Source: a virus (Duplodnaviria > Caudoviricetes). From it: a DNA stretch of 47,268 bases. Both the position numbers and the translations under genes were made by a program. Numbering within the stretch: position 1 is the first letter of the stretch; every line of letters begins with the position of its first letter. Positions 1 through 10,126 of the stretch are shown here, in pieces. The stretch spans positions 1 to 47,268 of IMG/VR virus record IMGVR_UViG_3300023214_000238; one strand, given 5' to 3'. Below the pieces are notes generated by a model. That model was not told where the DNA came from. It saw only the letters and a list, made by a program, of their open reading frames with translations, and did not search any database.

Positions 1-873
1 GCCTTGTACCGGACATCGACAAGCGACCGTTCGTTTTTCATTACTTACAGTCAGTCCGTCGATCGCTTCCGATTCGTCGTCAGTAGCGACGGCGTCAATA
101 CTACAGTCCTTACCGCTGACACATTGGGTTCTCCCGAAATTGGGACCACATACACGTTACTGGCCTGGTACGACAAAGCCGCCGGTACGATCAATCTCCG
201 AGTGGATGACCTGGCCGCCGATTCGGCTGCCCACACAGGCGGCGCGTTCGCCACCAGCGCGCCGGACTTTCAGGTCGGCCGAGACGATAATGGCAACTTC
301 TTGACAGGAGGGGTTGGCGAAATCGTCACTGGCAAGCCGCCCACGCCAATCGCCGGCCTTATCGACGATGTCCACAACTGGTATTTCAACAATCACGCGA
401 TCAATGTTCAGCCCTGGAATGTTCCTGTTTGGGGCCTCACGAATCTCTGGCCGATCGACGAGGCCGCTTCGGCGGACGCGGTCAATTACGCCCTTGGCGG
501 GACAGACTTGACCAACAATGCGTCATCTTTCGGCCCACGTTCAACGCGCGTATTCGGCAAAGGCATCGGCGCGCTGCAGACAGGCGAGATGTTTTACACC
601 AACGGCCGACTGTTCTTTATAGGACGATATCGCCTTGCGAGCGAATGGATGGTCAATGCGATCACGTACACAGATGATCCAACAGCCGACGTTCCAACGT
701 GGGCATTCCCGATCACGCTCAGCGGCGCCGACCCCAATGTCAACAATGACGCAGGATACATGACTGGAACGGCCATGAACGACAACTCACTGCGTCTGTA
801 CGGATACAATGGCACTACACAAGTTTCAAGTATCTTTCAATATGATGTGCCTGGAATCGTGCCAGGGGCCTGA
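1..873 (+). CDS. 3' part of a virion/tail-fibre-like protein with LamG/concanavalin-A-like beta-sandwich character (5' end outside window)
   Basis: Frame open from window start; beta-rich, Thr/Gly/Asp-rich; LamG-like pattern (YTLLAWYD...INLRVDD...FQVGR...G.V.EI); lies upstream of tail genes. Confidence 0.55.
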   Translation, partial: ALYRTSTSDRSFFITYSQSVDRFRFVVSSDGVNTTVLTADTLGSPEIGTTYTLLAWYDKAAGTINLRVDDLAADSAAHTGGAFATSAPDFQVGRDDNGNFLTGGVGEIVTGKPPTPIAGLIDDVHNWYFNNHAINVQPWNVPVWGLTNLWPIDEAASADAVNYALGGTDLTNNASSFGPRSTRVFGKGIGALQTGEMFYTNGRLFFIGRYRLASEWMVNAITYTDDPTADVPTWAFPITLSGADPNVNNDAGYMTGTAMNDNSLRLYGYNGTTQVSSIFQYDVPGIVPGA

Positions 874-883
874 CATCAACACC

Positions 884-1351
884 ATGGCCCCCGATTGCGT
901 TGCAAGGGCGAGAGCCCTCGCTAAAACCATAGCAAAGACTCGGTCGGCGACTAAGCACATTGACGACCTGGTGTCCTCAGCGATCCTTGGACTTATTGAG
1001 GCCCTTCAAGCATATGATCCAAGTGTCGGAACAAAACCCTGGACGTTCGCACGGCATCGCGTCAAAGGCGCGGTCCTTGACGAGTTGAAATTCTTGCGAA
1101 GTCACCCCCAAAGCCTTGGTGATTACGAACCAGAATGGAAATCGGGCCGTGTGGGGTGGGAGATAGAATCGCAAGACGAATACGAAAAAATGACGGAAAT
1201 TCTAACTGAAAACGAAAAGGCGGCCTGCGATGCGTTTTATATGAAAGCTGGAGATAGGAATCAGCCCGAGGGATGGACTCGCGGGTATGCGATAACATGC
1301 AGGCACACGGCCATCCGTAAGCTCAGAAATCATTACGGAGTAATGGAATGA
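884..1351 (+). CDS. Sigma-70 family (FliA-like region 2) sigma factor-like protein
   Basis: DDLVSSAILGLIEALQAYDPSVGTKPWTFARHRVKGAVLDELK matches sigma region 2; degenerate region 4 (LTENEK...AIRKLR); ATG 884 chosen because it follows the upstream stop. Confidence 0.8.
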   Translation: MAPDCVARARALAKTIAKTRSATKHIDDLVSSAILGLIEALQAYDPSVGTKPWTFARHRVKGAVLDELKFLRSHPQSLGDYEPEWKSGRVGWEIESQDEYEKMTEILTENEKAACDAFYMKAGDRNQPEGWTRGYAITCRHTAIRKLRNHYGVME

Positions 1352-1716
1352 CTTCGACTTACAAAACGATATTCGACGCCGAACCTGGGGTCGAATATGC
1401 TGCAACCGCAAGGCTTGCCGATGGTAGCTGGCTATCGAATGCCGGGAAAAGGCTTTCGGAGCCCTTCGAGGATCAATCCGCGATTCACACTGTAGCTCCG
1501 ATCGAACGATTTTGGATTAACTCGTTTGAAGCCGCAATCACAGTTGATTCCTCTATTGAGTATCAGTGGATTGAAGTGAGAATCCATCGCATCCTTGAAA
1601 ACGGAAACCTAGAAGAACCTGAGCCCTTCTATTCGGGATTCTTTCATGATCCGTTTGGACGTTACTTGCACAGACCGATTTACACAAGAGAGCCACTTCA
1701 CTTCGCAAAAGCCTAA
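1348..1716 (+). CDS. Hypothetical protein
   Basis: ATGA overlap with upstream stop; fills operon. Confidence 0.65.
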   Translation: MTSTYKTIFDAEPGVEYAATARLADGSWLSNAGKRLSEPFEDQSAIHTVAPIERFWINSFEAAITVDSSIEYQWIEVRIHRILENGNLEEPEPFYSGFFHDPFGRYLHRPIYTREPLHFAKA

Positions 1717-1721
1717 GACTA

Positions 1722-2183
1722 ATGTCTGACACTATAGACAAGATCATCGACGTGCTTTCGGAAGACGCGATTCTCACGTCTCAGTCGGGCCACAGCGAGG
1801 GCAATCCGAGAATCTTCTCGCACATTGACACGCGACAGGGTTTAACCGCCGCTGAAAGATACCCCTACTGCGTTATTTCGCAGGTTCGCGGCGATTCGGT
1901 TGGCCGAAATTCTTCGGGAAGGTATTTCGACAGGCTTTGGTACGACATCATATGGAACGACATTGATGAAATCCGCGCTAGGTCGCTGAGAGAAAGGTCG
2001 TCGGTCGTGCTCGTCGCAGCCTCCCAGTTGGGCGACCTTGATTCCACTGAAGGATGCGTATCCGACCTTTGGCCGACATCCAAGAACCAGTTCATATCTG
2101 AAAATACAAGAGTCGAAGACGGGGCTGGGACCGTGGTCCATTCTATTGTGACAATCCAAGTTCTAGAGTCCAGGTCCGTCTAG
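1722..2183 (+). CDS. Putative tail terminator/completion protein
   Basis: 153 aa; YPYCVISQV motif; position just upstream of neck and tail-tube genes. Confidence 0.55.
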   Translation: MSDTIDKIIDVLSEDAILTSQSGHSEGNPRIFSHIDTRQGLTAAERYPYCVISQVRGDSVGRNSSGRYFDRLWYDIIWNDIDEIRARSLRERSSVVLVAASQLGDLDSTEGCVSDLWPTSKNQFISENTRVEDGAGTVVHSIVTIQVLESRSV

Positions 2184-2545
2184 TGGGGCTTCGATTTAAG
2201 GGGTCGATTACTGTCCGGGCCATCAATCGCGAAGTCAAGTCGCGAATTCGCAAGGCTTCCGGAAACATAGGGGTAAGCCTTGTCACTCAGATGAAAGACA
2301 AGGTGGGCATCCAGGGGCCGCCACGGTCAGAGCCGGGCGAGCCCCCAAGAAAAGACACCGGTGAACTCTTCAAGAGCATCGACTGGTCTTTCGAAACATC
2401 CACAATGACCCTCATTGTCGGCTCGACATCCGATCATGCGGTGTTCACGGAATTCGGTCTCACATATCCCGAAAGGCCGTGGTTCAGGGACACAATCGTT
2501 GAAAATCTTGACTCGATGGGCCTCGAATACGTGACCGCGTTCTAA
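2183..2545 (+). CDS. HK97 gp10-like tail completion/neck protein
   Basis: RSEPGEPPRKDTGELFKSI...HAVFTEFG...PERPWFR matches the gp10-family pattern. Confidence 0.8.
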   Translation: MGLRFKGSITVRAINREVKSRIRKASGNIGVSLVTQMKDKVGIQGPPRSEPGEPPRKDTGELFKSIDWSFETSTMTLIVGSTSDHAVFTEFGLTYPERPWFRDTIVENLDSMGLEYVTAF

Positions 2546-2554
2546 GGGCGAGAC

Positions 2555-3088
2555 ATGGCGAAAGTAGCTTCCGCAACAATAACGATCCTGGCCAACGGAA
2601 GCCTGGTCGTCGATGACACAACAAACTTTACAGGGAAAGTCAACTTCCCTGTTACGATGACCGACTCCCGGTCCTTTGTTAATGGCACCACAGGCCCCGG
2701 AGAGGTAAACCTTGTAGCCAGGGTCAAGGACATAATCACGGCTGGCTCGCCCTCAACTGAGGTTGTCCACGATCTAGACTCCATAGAGGACGCCGCTGGC
2801 GACACCGTTGGATTCGACCACGTCCGCGTAGAAGCTCATCACTACGATGTGGCGCAGGCCGGAGACACCCTCTCGGTGGGGGATGCCAGCACGGCCCCAT
2901 TCACACAGCGCTGGATGCTGGGCACCGACCCAAGGGTTGTGATTCCAGCGGAAGGCTCTTTCATCATCACAAGGCCGATTGACACTCTGGGGTGGACTGT
3001 TGACTCTTCAAACAAAAACGTCAGACTGTTCGCTGGAACTATCGCAGCCGATGTCGAAGTCATTAGCTTCTATGGAGGCGACGGCTGA
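2555..3088 (+). CDS. Putative structural (tail) protein
   Basis: 177 aa beta-rich ORF tightly packed in the tail module. Confidence 0.6.
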   Translation: MAKVASATITILANGSLVVDDTTNFTGKVNFPVTMTDSRSFVNGTTGPGEVNLVARVKDIITAGSPSTEVVHDLDSIEDAAGDTVGFDHVRVEAHHYDVAQAGDTLSVGDASTAPFTQRWMLGTDPRVVIPAEGSFIITRPIDTLGWTVDSSNKNVRLFAGTIAADVEVISFYGGDG

Positions 3089-3350
3089 TATTTACAAGCT
3101 TGAGGCGTCTTTTCAGCATCTTGAGAAGGAATATGGAGCCATCAGAGAGAGGGAAGTCCGCCCGATGGGCCTCGGGTGGTACGCCTACAGGGCTCCCGAC
3201 AAGCATCAGAGTGGCAACACGCAAGAAGTTGTCCTTTTCATGAGAGAGGATGTCTTCCTCAGAAGATTCGGATTTCTGCCTAACTGTTTTACCATAATCC
3301 AAGGGAGTGAGCGATGGCCGCGACCGACCTTCTCGTTAATTCGGCAGTAA
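3072..3350 (+). CDS. Hypothetical protein
   Basis: Fills the gap between flanking structural genes with short overlaps; start uncertain. Confidence 0.45.
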   Translation: MEATADIYKLEASFQHLEKEYGAIREREVRPMGLGWYAYRAPDKHQSGNTQEVVLFMREDVFLRRFGFLPNCFTIIQGSERWPRPTFSLIRQ

Positions 3351-3742
3351 ACGCCAAAGTCGAGTTTGACCCGGAGAACAACCCGGAGTCGTCTGGCGAC
3401 AAGGTGACGTTTCCGTCCACAGATTGGACGATCAATGAAGAGCCTAACATCGTCGAACTCGTCAATAGTCGAGACGGCGTGGTGCGAAAGCCGTCCTTTA
3501 AGGACGTGCCTACAGTCACCGTGAACTTCATCCCTGACGAAGTGGACGTGGACCCTGGGGTTGACGTTGTGATTGGAACAAGGGGAGTCCTTCGCCTTTT
3601 CTACACAGCCACGAAGTACCGGGAGCTCACGGCCGTTCTTGGTCCGATCAATCAAGGCTCCGGGAATCCAGGAAACCCGCAAACTGTCTCCGCAACGTTC
3701 ATGTTAGCGAGCGGAACGATTACCAACGGCGAAGTTGTCTAA
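3314..3742 (+). CDS. Probable major tail tube protein
   Basis: 142 aa; GGGAG RBS; immediately upstream of chaperone and tape measure genes. Confidence 0.65.
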   Translation: MAATDLLVNSAVNAKVEFDPENNPESSGDKVTFPSTDWTINEEPNIVELVNSRDGVVRKPSFKDVPTVTVNFIPDEVDVDPGVDVVIGTRGVLRLFYTATKYRELTAVLGPINQGSGNPGNPQTVSATFMLASGTITNGEVV

Positions 3743-3775
3743 CAGTCGCAGTTTCAACTAGAGGAACGAATCCCA

Positions 3776-4285
3776 ATGGGTATCCCGTCCGCATCGGCCA
3801 GCGCGGCCAGTATGAACATCGGTGGAAAACACGTCCGCTACGGCCCCATCAATTACAAAACTCGGGGCGAGCTTGTCCGTATCTACCTCGAAGCCATGCC
3901 CGACCCGGTGGCCAAGTTCGAGGAGAGCTTAAGCTCGTTCACGAACGAGGAATTGCAGCGCCAGGCCGACAAAGAGGGCTTCGCCACAGTCGAAGACTGG
4001 AAGAACGCCTCCCTTGAAAACTGGAAACTCGTAAGAACCGCAATGCAAGGCCCGTCGTACTTTGAGTCCGCCGGCGGCGACGACCTATTCCTCAAAAACG
4101 TCGGCGGCGACGATGAGAGGGGGAACTACACCCGCGAATTCCTGTTCATCGTATTAAGCCCGTTTAATAAAGACCTCAAGTATGAGGAGATTGATGGAAT
4201 CATAGACGGCATGACGAAGGGTCAACTTCGGGAAATATGGAACATGGCTCTTGAGTTAGGCCCTTACCGCCCAAAATCCGAGTAA
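3776..4285 (+). CDS. Tail assembly chaperone (lambda gpG-like)
   Basis: Between tail tube and tape measure; ends with in-frame slippery site C CCA AAA. Confidence 0.75.
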   Translation: MGIPSASASAASMNIGGKHVRYGPINYKTRGELVRIYLEAMPDPVAKFEESLSSFTNEELQRQADKEGFATVEDWKNASLENWKLVRTAMQGPSYFESAGGDDLFLKNVGGDDERGNYTREFLFIVLSPFNKDLKYEEIDGIIDGMTKGQLREIWNMALELGPYRPKSE

Positions 4286-4527
4286 GTGGAGGTCGGGGCA
4301 ATGTAATTCCCTGGGTCCATAGTGTCTATCAAGTGTACGATGGCACTATGGGCAACATCGACCCTGTACGCCTTTCGGAGATGACCAAGGGCCAATTCGC
4401 GGTGATAGCCCACTGTGGACAGGTCGCATTCTTTAATGACGAGGTTCCCGCTCCGGCCAAACAAAAACAAAGCACAAAAACATTCTCCTCAATAGGAGCG
4501 GCCGTCAGGGCGAATAAACGTGATTAA
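4270..4527 (+). CDS. -1 frameshift extension of the tail chaperone (gpGT-like)
   Basis: The -1 frame is open from CCCAAAA (4270-4276) to TAA 4527 and contains ORF 4333-4527. Confidence 0.7.
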   Translation, partial: PKIRVSGGRGNVIPWVHSVYQVYDGTMGNIDPVRLSEMTKGQFAVIAHCGQVAFFNDEVPAPAKQKQSTKTFSSIGAAVRANKRD

Positions 4528-6943
4528 CGCACAGGTAGCCAAGCTCTTCGGAACGCTCACGCTCGACGATCGTGACTTCCAGAGCAAGATGAACATCGTT
4601 GAGCAGCGGCTTCAAAAGCTCCGCAAGGGAATCCCCGTGCTCAAGGTGCGCCTTGACCTGGGAGCTTCCTCGCAACAGTTAAAGACGATCCTCGATCTAG
4701 TCAACAAAATCGGAAAAGGATTTAAGGGCCAATTCAATATATCCAATCTTACGTCCGCCCAGCGGGCGTTTGCCTCAATGGCCCGAAGCTCAAGCAGAAT
4801 AAGATCGGCGACCGGGGGAGCGGGGGCGCGAAACCCCCTTGCCTTCGGGGCGGGGACTGGAGGGCTTGCCGGGTTCGGAACTGGACTCTTTATTGGCGCT
4901 GGAGGGCAGTTCGCGCTCAACCCCGCAATGGCCGCTGGCATCCTGGGAGGCCGAGGCGCGCTAGGGGGCATCAGGTCCGGCATTAGAACGCAATCGTCTA
5001 TTGTTGACATCGGCAGGGTCGGAGAACTGAGAAGCCAGAGCCAGATTGACGCTGTACGGGAGGGCCTTTTCGGCATAGGCCGAAACATTGGAGTGGACCA
5101 AGAACGAATCTTCGGGTTCGCCGCTGGGGCCGCGCGCCAAGGCATTCAGGACCCCGAAGAACTCATCAAGTTCACAGAGGGGGTCGCCCGCGTCGGCCGC
5201 ATCATCACTGATATTGGCGACGAACAATTAGCGACATCCCTGTCCAGACTTGTCAGATTTTTCGATCTTGGAATCGAGAATATTACTGGCCTGGGATCCG
5301 CAATCGCCAAGCTCGACGAAACGTCAACGGCAAGCGCAAGTTCTATCGTGAATCTGTCAACCCGCCTTGGCCGTACTGCGGCAAACCTCGGGTTGACCCT
5401 TCCAGAGTCCCTTGCCATCTCCACAGCCGCCCTTGAGGGCGGACTAAGGCCAGAGCTCGCGTCCACGGCCATCATCCGGATTCTGTCGAACCTCCAAACG
5501 GACCCCGCATCATTCGCGGGCGCCCTAGGGCTAGACCCGCAAGAATTCGCCCGAACACTAAGGGAGGACCCCCTGGAGGGGTTCCGCGCTATACGTTCGG
5601 GCATCGAGGGAGCGGCAGACGAAGGGAGGGCCGCGTCGTTCATTAGGGAAGACCTTGGGTTCTCAAACATCCGCGACTTCCAAACCCTATTGAACTCTGT
5701 TATCGACAAGCTAGGAGAGTTCACGGAACAGGCCGAACGGGAAATCAAAACCCAAGAGGCCCTCAATAGGGCAGACGAAATCCTCTCGAAAACGGCGCAA
5801 GACAACCTCACAAGGCTAGGCAATGCCTTTGGGGAACTGGCTGATGCCTTCTCTCGATCCGGTGTTATCGGCAACTTGACAGAATTCGCAAACCAACTGA
5901 GGGCCACTATTAATGCTATAAGCGACAGTCAAAGCGAAGGCAATAGATCGCCCGCGTCTCAAGCCGCTCGTGGGCTTTTCGGAGTGGCCGGCAACGCCCT
6001 TAACGCCCTTTTGGGGGGCGCCCCCGCGCAGAATCTCGACGAAGCTCGGGGCTTTTCAAGAAATGTTGGCGGCACCGGCGACGCAATAGCAACGCTTGCA
6101 GGCGTGTCTGCCAACCCACTGCTTGCAAGAGGAGCGGTATCTACTGGCGCAAACCTAGCGTCGGCAGTACGGGCCGGCGGGACAACCACAGCCAGGGGCG
6201 GACGCCTTGGCGGTCCACTAATAGCCGCCGCCAGCGTAGCGGCTTCCGCGTTTGCCGACATCCGCCGATCCGCAATTGCCGCCGATATCATCAACAGGGA
6301 CACAGAAGAATTAAACAAACAGATAGACAACGTAAGATCAATTGCGGAAAGGCGGGAGGAAATTCTTGCCAATGATAGATCAGTGCAAGCCGGGCGCAGG
6401 CTCTTAGCAGATCAAGGCCTTACTCAAGAACAAAGGTCGCGCATTGAGACTGAAATCAGTTTCGCAAGAGGTTTCGCACAAAGGGTCGCCGAAATAGAAG
6501 CATCGGGAACAGACTTGTCTCCACAACTTCAAGGATTCCTTGACTCTGGAGCGATCGTACCGCGACTTGACCCCGCACAGTTTGCCAGACAAGCCGAAGA
6601 AGAGAGGCAAGCCGAACTGGCAGCCAGACCACAGGGGCCAATCTCTGGGATAGGCGCACTCGCCGGCGGTGGCATCGCTGGAGTCCTTGGAGACCTTGCA
6701 TCGAGAGTCGTTGACAGGGCGGCAGCGGCCACACCAGCCGTTCAGCCTGAAACCTTCCGGTCCCAATTCGTCGCAATCGACGACATCAGGCGGAAGATCC
6801 AAGAAGACGCGCTGAGCACCGGAGAAGTCCAGAAGGAAGAACTCGGAGTTCTCAAGGAAATTAGGGACGCGATCCGCGCCCAAACCAACGAAAGGAATTC
6901 CGACATAGCTGCAGCGATTCTCTCAAGCGCGGGGATATTTTAA
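4520..6943 (+). CDS. Tail tape measure protein (TP901-type core)
   Basis: 807 aa, Ala/Gly-rich helical; core motifs AAGAARQGI...LIKFTE and LGSAIAKL...A; follows chaperone pair. Confidence 0.92.
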   Translation: MINAQVAKLFGTLTLDDRDFQSKMNIVEQRLQKLRKGIPVLKVRLDLGASSQQLKTILDLVNKIGKGFKGQFNISNLTSAQRAFASMARSSSRIRSATGGAGARNPLAFGAGTGGLAGFGTGLFIGAGGQFALNPAMAAGILGGRGALGGIRSGIRTQSSIVDIGRVGELRSQSQIDAVREGLFGIGRNIGVDQERIFGFAAGAARQGIQDPEELIKFTEGVARVGRIITDIGDEQLATSLSRLVRFFDLGIENITGLGSAIAKLDETSTASASSIVNLSTRLGRTAANLGLTLPESLAISTAALEGGLRPELASTAIIRILSNLQTDPASFAGALGLDPQEFARTLREDPLEGFRAIRSGIEGAADEGRAASFIREDLGFSNIRDFQTLLNSVIDKLGEFTEQAEREIKTQEALNRADEILSKTAQDNLTRLGNAFGELADAFSRSGVIGNLTEFANQLRATINAISDSQSEGNRSPASQAARGLFGVAGNALNALLGGAPAQNLDEARGFSRNVGGTGDAIATLAGVSANPLLARGAVSTGANLASAVRAGGTTTARGGRLGGPLIAAASVAASAFADIRRSAIAADIINRDTEELNKQIDNVRSIAERREEILANDRSVQAGRRLLADQGLTQEQRSRIETEISFARGFAQRVAEIEASGTDLSPQLQGFLDSGAIVPRLDPAQFARQAEEERQAELAARPQGPISGIGALAGGGIAGVLGDLASRVVDRAAAATPAVQPETFRSQFVAIDDIRRKIQEDALSTGEVQKEELGVLKEIRDAIRAQTNERNSDIAAAILSSAGIF

Positions 6944-7839
6944 TGGCCGAAGCTCCAGCTACCATCGATGAGGGGCTTGAAAACGGCGTCTATAAACTCA
7001 TTCATCACGTCGGCGGGCAGGGCGAAATAGCGGGCGGCAGTGATGAAAACGGCGAGTTCTTGAATCTCACATATCAAGTCCCCTGGGAATTCAAGAGAAA
7101 TTTCCTCGATAGCCTTCTGGGTCCAAGTAAGCTTGAAGGCAGCGACGAAAATTCGCTGTGGACAATCAGCCTGCCCCACCAGTGCCCTATTGAGGGGTTC
7201 GGGGGCCTCAGGGCATTCACTCAACAGTGGCGATCCTGGGGCACACTGGAGATCCCTTCGGGTATCGAGTATACAGACTTTATCGTCACTGTTCAGTACA
7301 GAACCCCCTTCTTTAATGCGAATCTCGGATTCGACATAAATAGTATAACAAACGATCCGGCCGAGCAGGAAAAACTCCTATGGGCGACCCAGAACGTCGA
7401 TTCGCATCTTGAGACGACAACAATAGGAAAAGGCGAGTGGATGGTCTCCGAAGGGCCAAACACTGGAGAAATTGTTTCAAACGCCCCGACTACCAAAACG
7501 GTGGTCATTCTCGACCTCATACTCACATTTCAAAGGCTCCCGTTCTTCCCAAGGGCGACGATGCTTCTAGGAGCCGATGACGCGGTGAATGACAAGCCCT
7601 TTTTGGGATTCCCATCGGAAACAGTCAGATATGTCGGAATGTCCACAGAGCTAAAAGCTTGGGTCGGCGGCTTTCGAACGAGGGCTCTGACTCTTAAATT
7701 TCAAGTGAGGCCGGAGGCACCCTGGAATTACATGTTCCACAAAGGCATATGGTCTCTTGTGGAGAACACGGAGGCGAATCCCGGAGACCTGTTTAAGCCG
7801 AAAGATTTCACCCCCCTGCTACTGCCGACGAGGTTCTGA
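6943..7839 (+). CDS. Putative distal tail/baseplate protein
   Basis: TAATG-coupled directly downstream of tape measure gene. Confidence 0.55.
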   Translation: MAEAPATIDEGLENGVYKLIHHVGGQGEIAGGSDENGEFLNLTYQVPWEFKRNFLDSLLGPSKLEGSDENSLWTISLPHQCPIEGFGGLRAFTQQWRSWGTLEIPSGIEYTDFIVTVQYRTPFFNANLGFDINSITNDPAEQEKLLWATQNVDSHLETTTIGKGEWMVSEGPNTGEIVSNAPTTKTVVILDLILTFQRLPFFPRATMLLGADDAVNDKPFLGFPSETVRYVGMSTELKAWVGGFRTRALTLKFQVRPEAPWNYMFHKGIWSLVENTEANPGDLFKPKDFTPLLLPTRF

Positions 7840-8258
7840 TGCCCACTGGCCGCGAAATACCCAAGTTCCAGCCTGGAAAGCTCACAAAAGAAGACCTAGA
7901 CAGGCTCGTCGATGGCCTCAATCAGATTTTGAACCTTCGATTCAGCGGGGCGGTCAAAGGCGAAACGTTCTCAAACGCCGGGGCCGTCATGCACGTTGAT
8001 GAGTGCACTGAATTCATCCCTATTAGGCTTTCCGGCGGGGGGACTGACGGAAAGTATTCATGGGTCGAGGTCGAGCCAATTAAGGAAGTTCCGTTCTGGC
8101 AAGACTTGACCGGCGGAAGATCGGGCGACGCTGGAACAAGGCCCGCTATCGAGGATAACGGGAACGCCAACATCGCAATGGAAGCCCCAGGGCCGTTCGT
8201 CTTCGCAAGAATCCTTGCGGGCGAGCGAACCCCGAGATTCCAGTTGGGCCAGTGCTAA
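7839..8258 (+). CDS. Tail-associated protein, paralogous to the N-terminus of the next gene
   Basis: TGATG coupling; shared motifs with 8258-10114. Confidence 0.6.
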   Translation: MPTGREIPKFQPGKLTKEDLDRLVDGLNQILNLRFSGAVKGETFSNAGAVMHVDECTEFIPIRLSGGGTDGKYSWVEVEPIKEVPFWQDLTGGRSGDAGTRPAIEDNGNANIAMEAPGPFVFARILAGERTPRFQLGQC

Positions 8259-10114
8259 TGGCGAGCATCCCTGGATTCACCGACGGCGAAATAGTCGGCC
8301 TCAACAAAGGAGGGGAAACATTCATAAGCCGGGCCTTCGCCGACAAGCTTAACAAAATAAGGGATGGAATCCGAAATGTGCGAAAGGCCTCCGTCTCCGG
8401 AAGGCTTTCCCTAGATGCCAGCGGCTTTTCCGCCGAAGACGAAATCCCAGAAATGTTTCGAGCTGTTCTCACTAGCGATGAGAACCCCTATGAATGGGAA
8501 ATGATCGACAGTGATGCAGACGTGGTGCTGCCGGGGCCAAGCGGCAAAGACAGCGCGGTAGAGTACAACAGAATCGACGGACTCCAAGACGAAGTCGTGT
8601 GGATGCAAAGGTGGCCGGGAAACCACTTTAGATTTCAGTTCCACAGAGAGGGCATCACTGAACAGGATCCCCCGTGCACTGGAAACACCGTTAAAATCAC
8701 AGCGACCAGTATAGTATTCGGCACATTTGATTCGCCTCCGGTTTCCGGCGTATCAGTCACGCTAAAGGACGATCTAGACCAGACAGTTGATTCATGCACT
8801 ACAGACTCCCAGGGCATGTGCGAACTTTCGTATGGGTCGCCCGGCGAGTTTACAGTAGAGTGGGAATATACCTGGAGCGGCGGTGGTGGTGGAGGAACAT
8901 GTTCGGGAGAACTGCCACTCAGTATTGTGTCCTGCGTCAACCCAGAAGTGAATCTCACAATATGTTGCGGCAAATCATGTGTCCAATTCATTGACTTCGA
9001 TACCGGACAGCCCGTGGACGCCGTACCCGGAAACCCAGCAACAGGTCTACCCGAGACATCCCTCTGGGTGAAAGAGGGGGTGGGGCTGTGGTGTAGAGAG
9101 TGGAGTCAATCCACAGGCAAGACGGACCCAACAGCACCCGGCCCTGGGTTTGCGACCGGACTATTAGATGGATACTGGTGCTCCACCGGATTGATAGCGT
9201 CCGATTGTTTTACGGAACAAACAACGACAGTCAGGATGTACAACAAGGATTGCTGGCTCCTCAATCCCTGTATTGCCTGCGGTCGATGCACGAAAGGCGA
9301 CATAGCCAGAGACCCTAAAGTTCTCCCGAGAACCCTTTTCGCTATTGCCTCTGGCGGCGGTCTTGATCAATATAACGGGCAAGAACTTAGGTACGACCTT
9401 GTGGATGATGGGGGCTATGATTGGGAAACCGGATGCCTGAGAGACAACACCTTCCTGAAGTGGAGCACGGGGAAGCTGGCCCCGCTTACGAGAGTGCAAC
9501 AGGACATAGAAGCTGGGCCAGGCTGCACGCCTAGCCCAGCTTGCGGCTGGCGCGCCGAAATATGGCTCAGGGAGACGCCTGGAACCCAAAAATGCTCTTG
9601 CACTGCGCAATGGTTCGCTGGAAGTATGCTTCAATTCCTCAATTTTCAAGGCGAACTAGCATGTCAAGACACCTTATTTGCAACCAAGAACGATAACTTT
9701 GATCCGTGCACCCAACCACCCACTTGTTTCTTTTTCCCTTGGGTGCATAATACTGAGGGCTGCGCCACTTCATTTCTGAATTGCAGGAATTGGGAAGACC
9801 CGGCGACAGGCGTCACAATGTCGGGTCCCGTTGACCTAGAAAACATCCCGGTCTTTCTTGTGGACTTCTATAAATCTGTGACCGGGTGCAACAAAGGCTC
9901 GGTTGAGGGCACGCCTTGCGACACATTCGTCGATACTTTTGTGGACGTGTTTGAGAAGTCATGCGACCTTGGAAAGACGCCGCCACCCGCACCACCGCCC
10001 ATTCCATTCGGCGCATTCTTCGCGGGAGGCGATTCCGGCAGTGCGCCTCAAGCGGCATCGCAGCCCGGCTTGCCGCCCGATCAACCAACCGGACCACCAC
10101 CGCCGCCGCCCTAA
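8258..10114 (+). CDS. Cysteine-rich tail tip/receptor-binding-like protein with Pro-rich C-terminus
   Basis: TAATG coupling; 28 Cys by manual count; prealbumin-like motif VSGVSVTLKD...TTDSQG; position in tail module. Confidence 0.6.
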   Translation: MASIPGFTDGEIVGLNKGGETFISRAFADKLNKIRDGIRNVRKASVSGRLSLDASGFSAEDEIPEMFRAVLTSDENPYEWEMIDSDADVVLPGPSGKDSAVEYNRIDGLQDEVVWMQRWPGNHFRFQFHREGITEQDPPCTGNTVKITATSIVFGTFDSPPVSGVSVTLKDDLDQTVDSCTTDSQGMCELSYGSPGEFTVEWEYTWSGGGGGGTCSGELPLSIVSCVNPEVNLTICCGKSCVQFIDFDTGQPVDAVPGNPATGLPETSLWVKEGVGLWCREWSQSTGKTDPTAPGPGFATGLLDGYWCSTGLIASDCFTEQTTTVRMYNKDCWLLNPCIACGRCTKGDIARDPKVLPRTLFAIASGGGLDQYNGQELRYDLVDDGGYDWETGCLRDNTFLKWSTGKLAPLTRVQQDIEAGPGCTPSPACGWRAEIWLRETPGTQKCSCTAQWFAGSMLQFLNFQGELACQDTLFATKNDNFDPCTQPPTCFFFPWVHNTEGCATSFLNCRNWEDPATGVTMSGPVDLENIPVFLVDFYKSVTGCNKGSVEGTPCDTFVDTFVDVFEKSCDLGKTPPPAPPPIPFGAFFAGGDSGSAPQAASQPGLPPDQPTGPPPPPP

Positions 10115-10126
10115 TAGGAAAACGAA

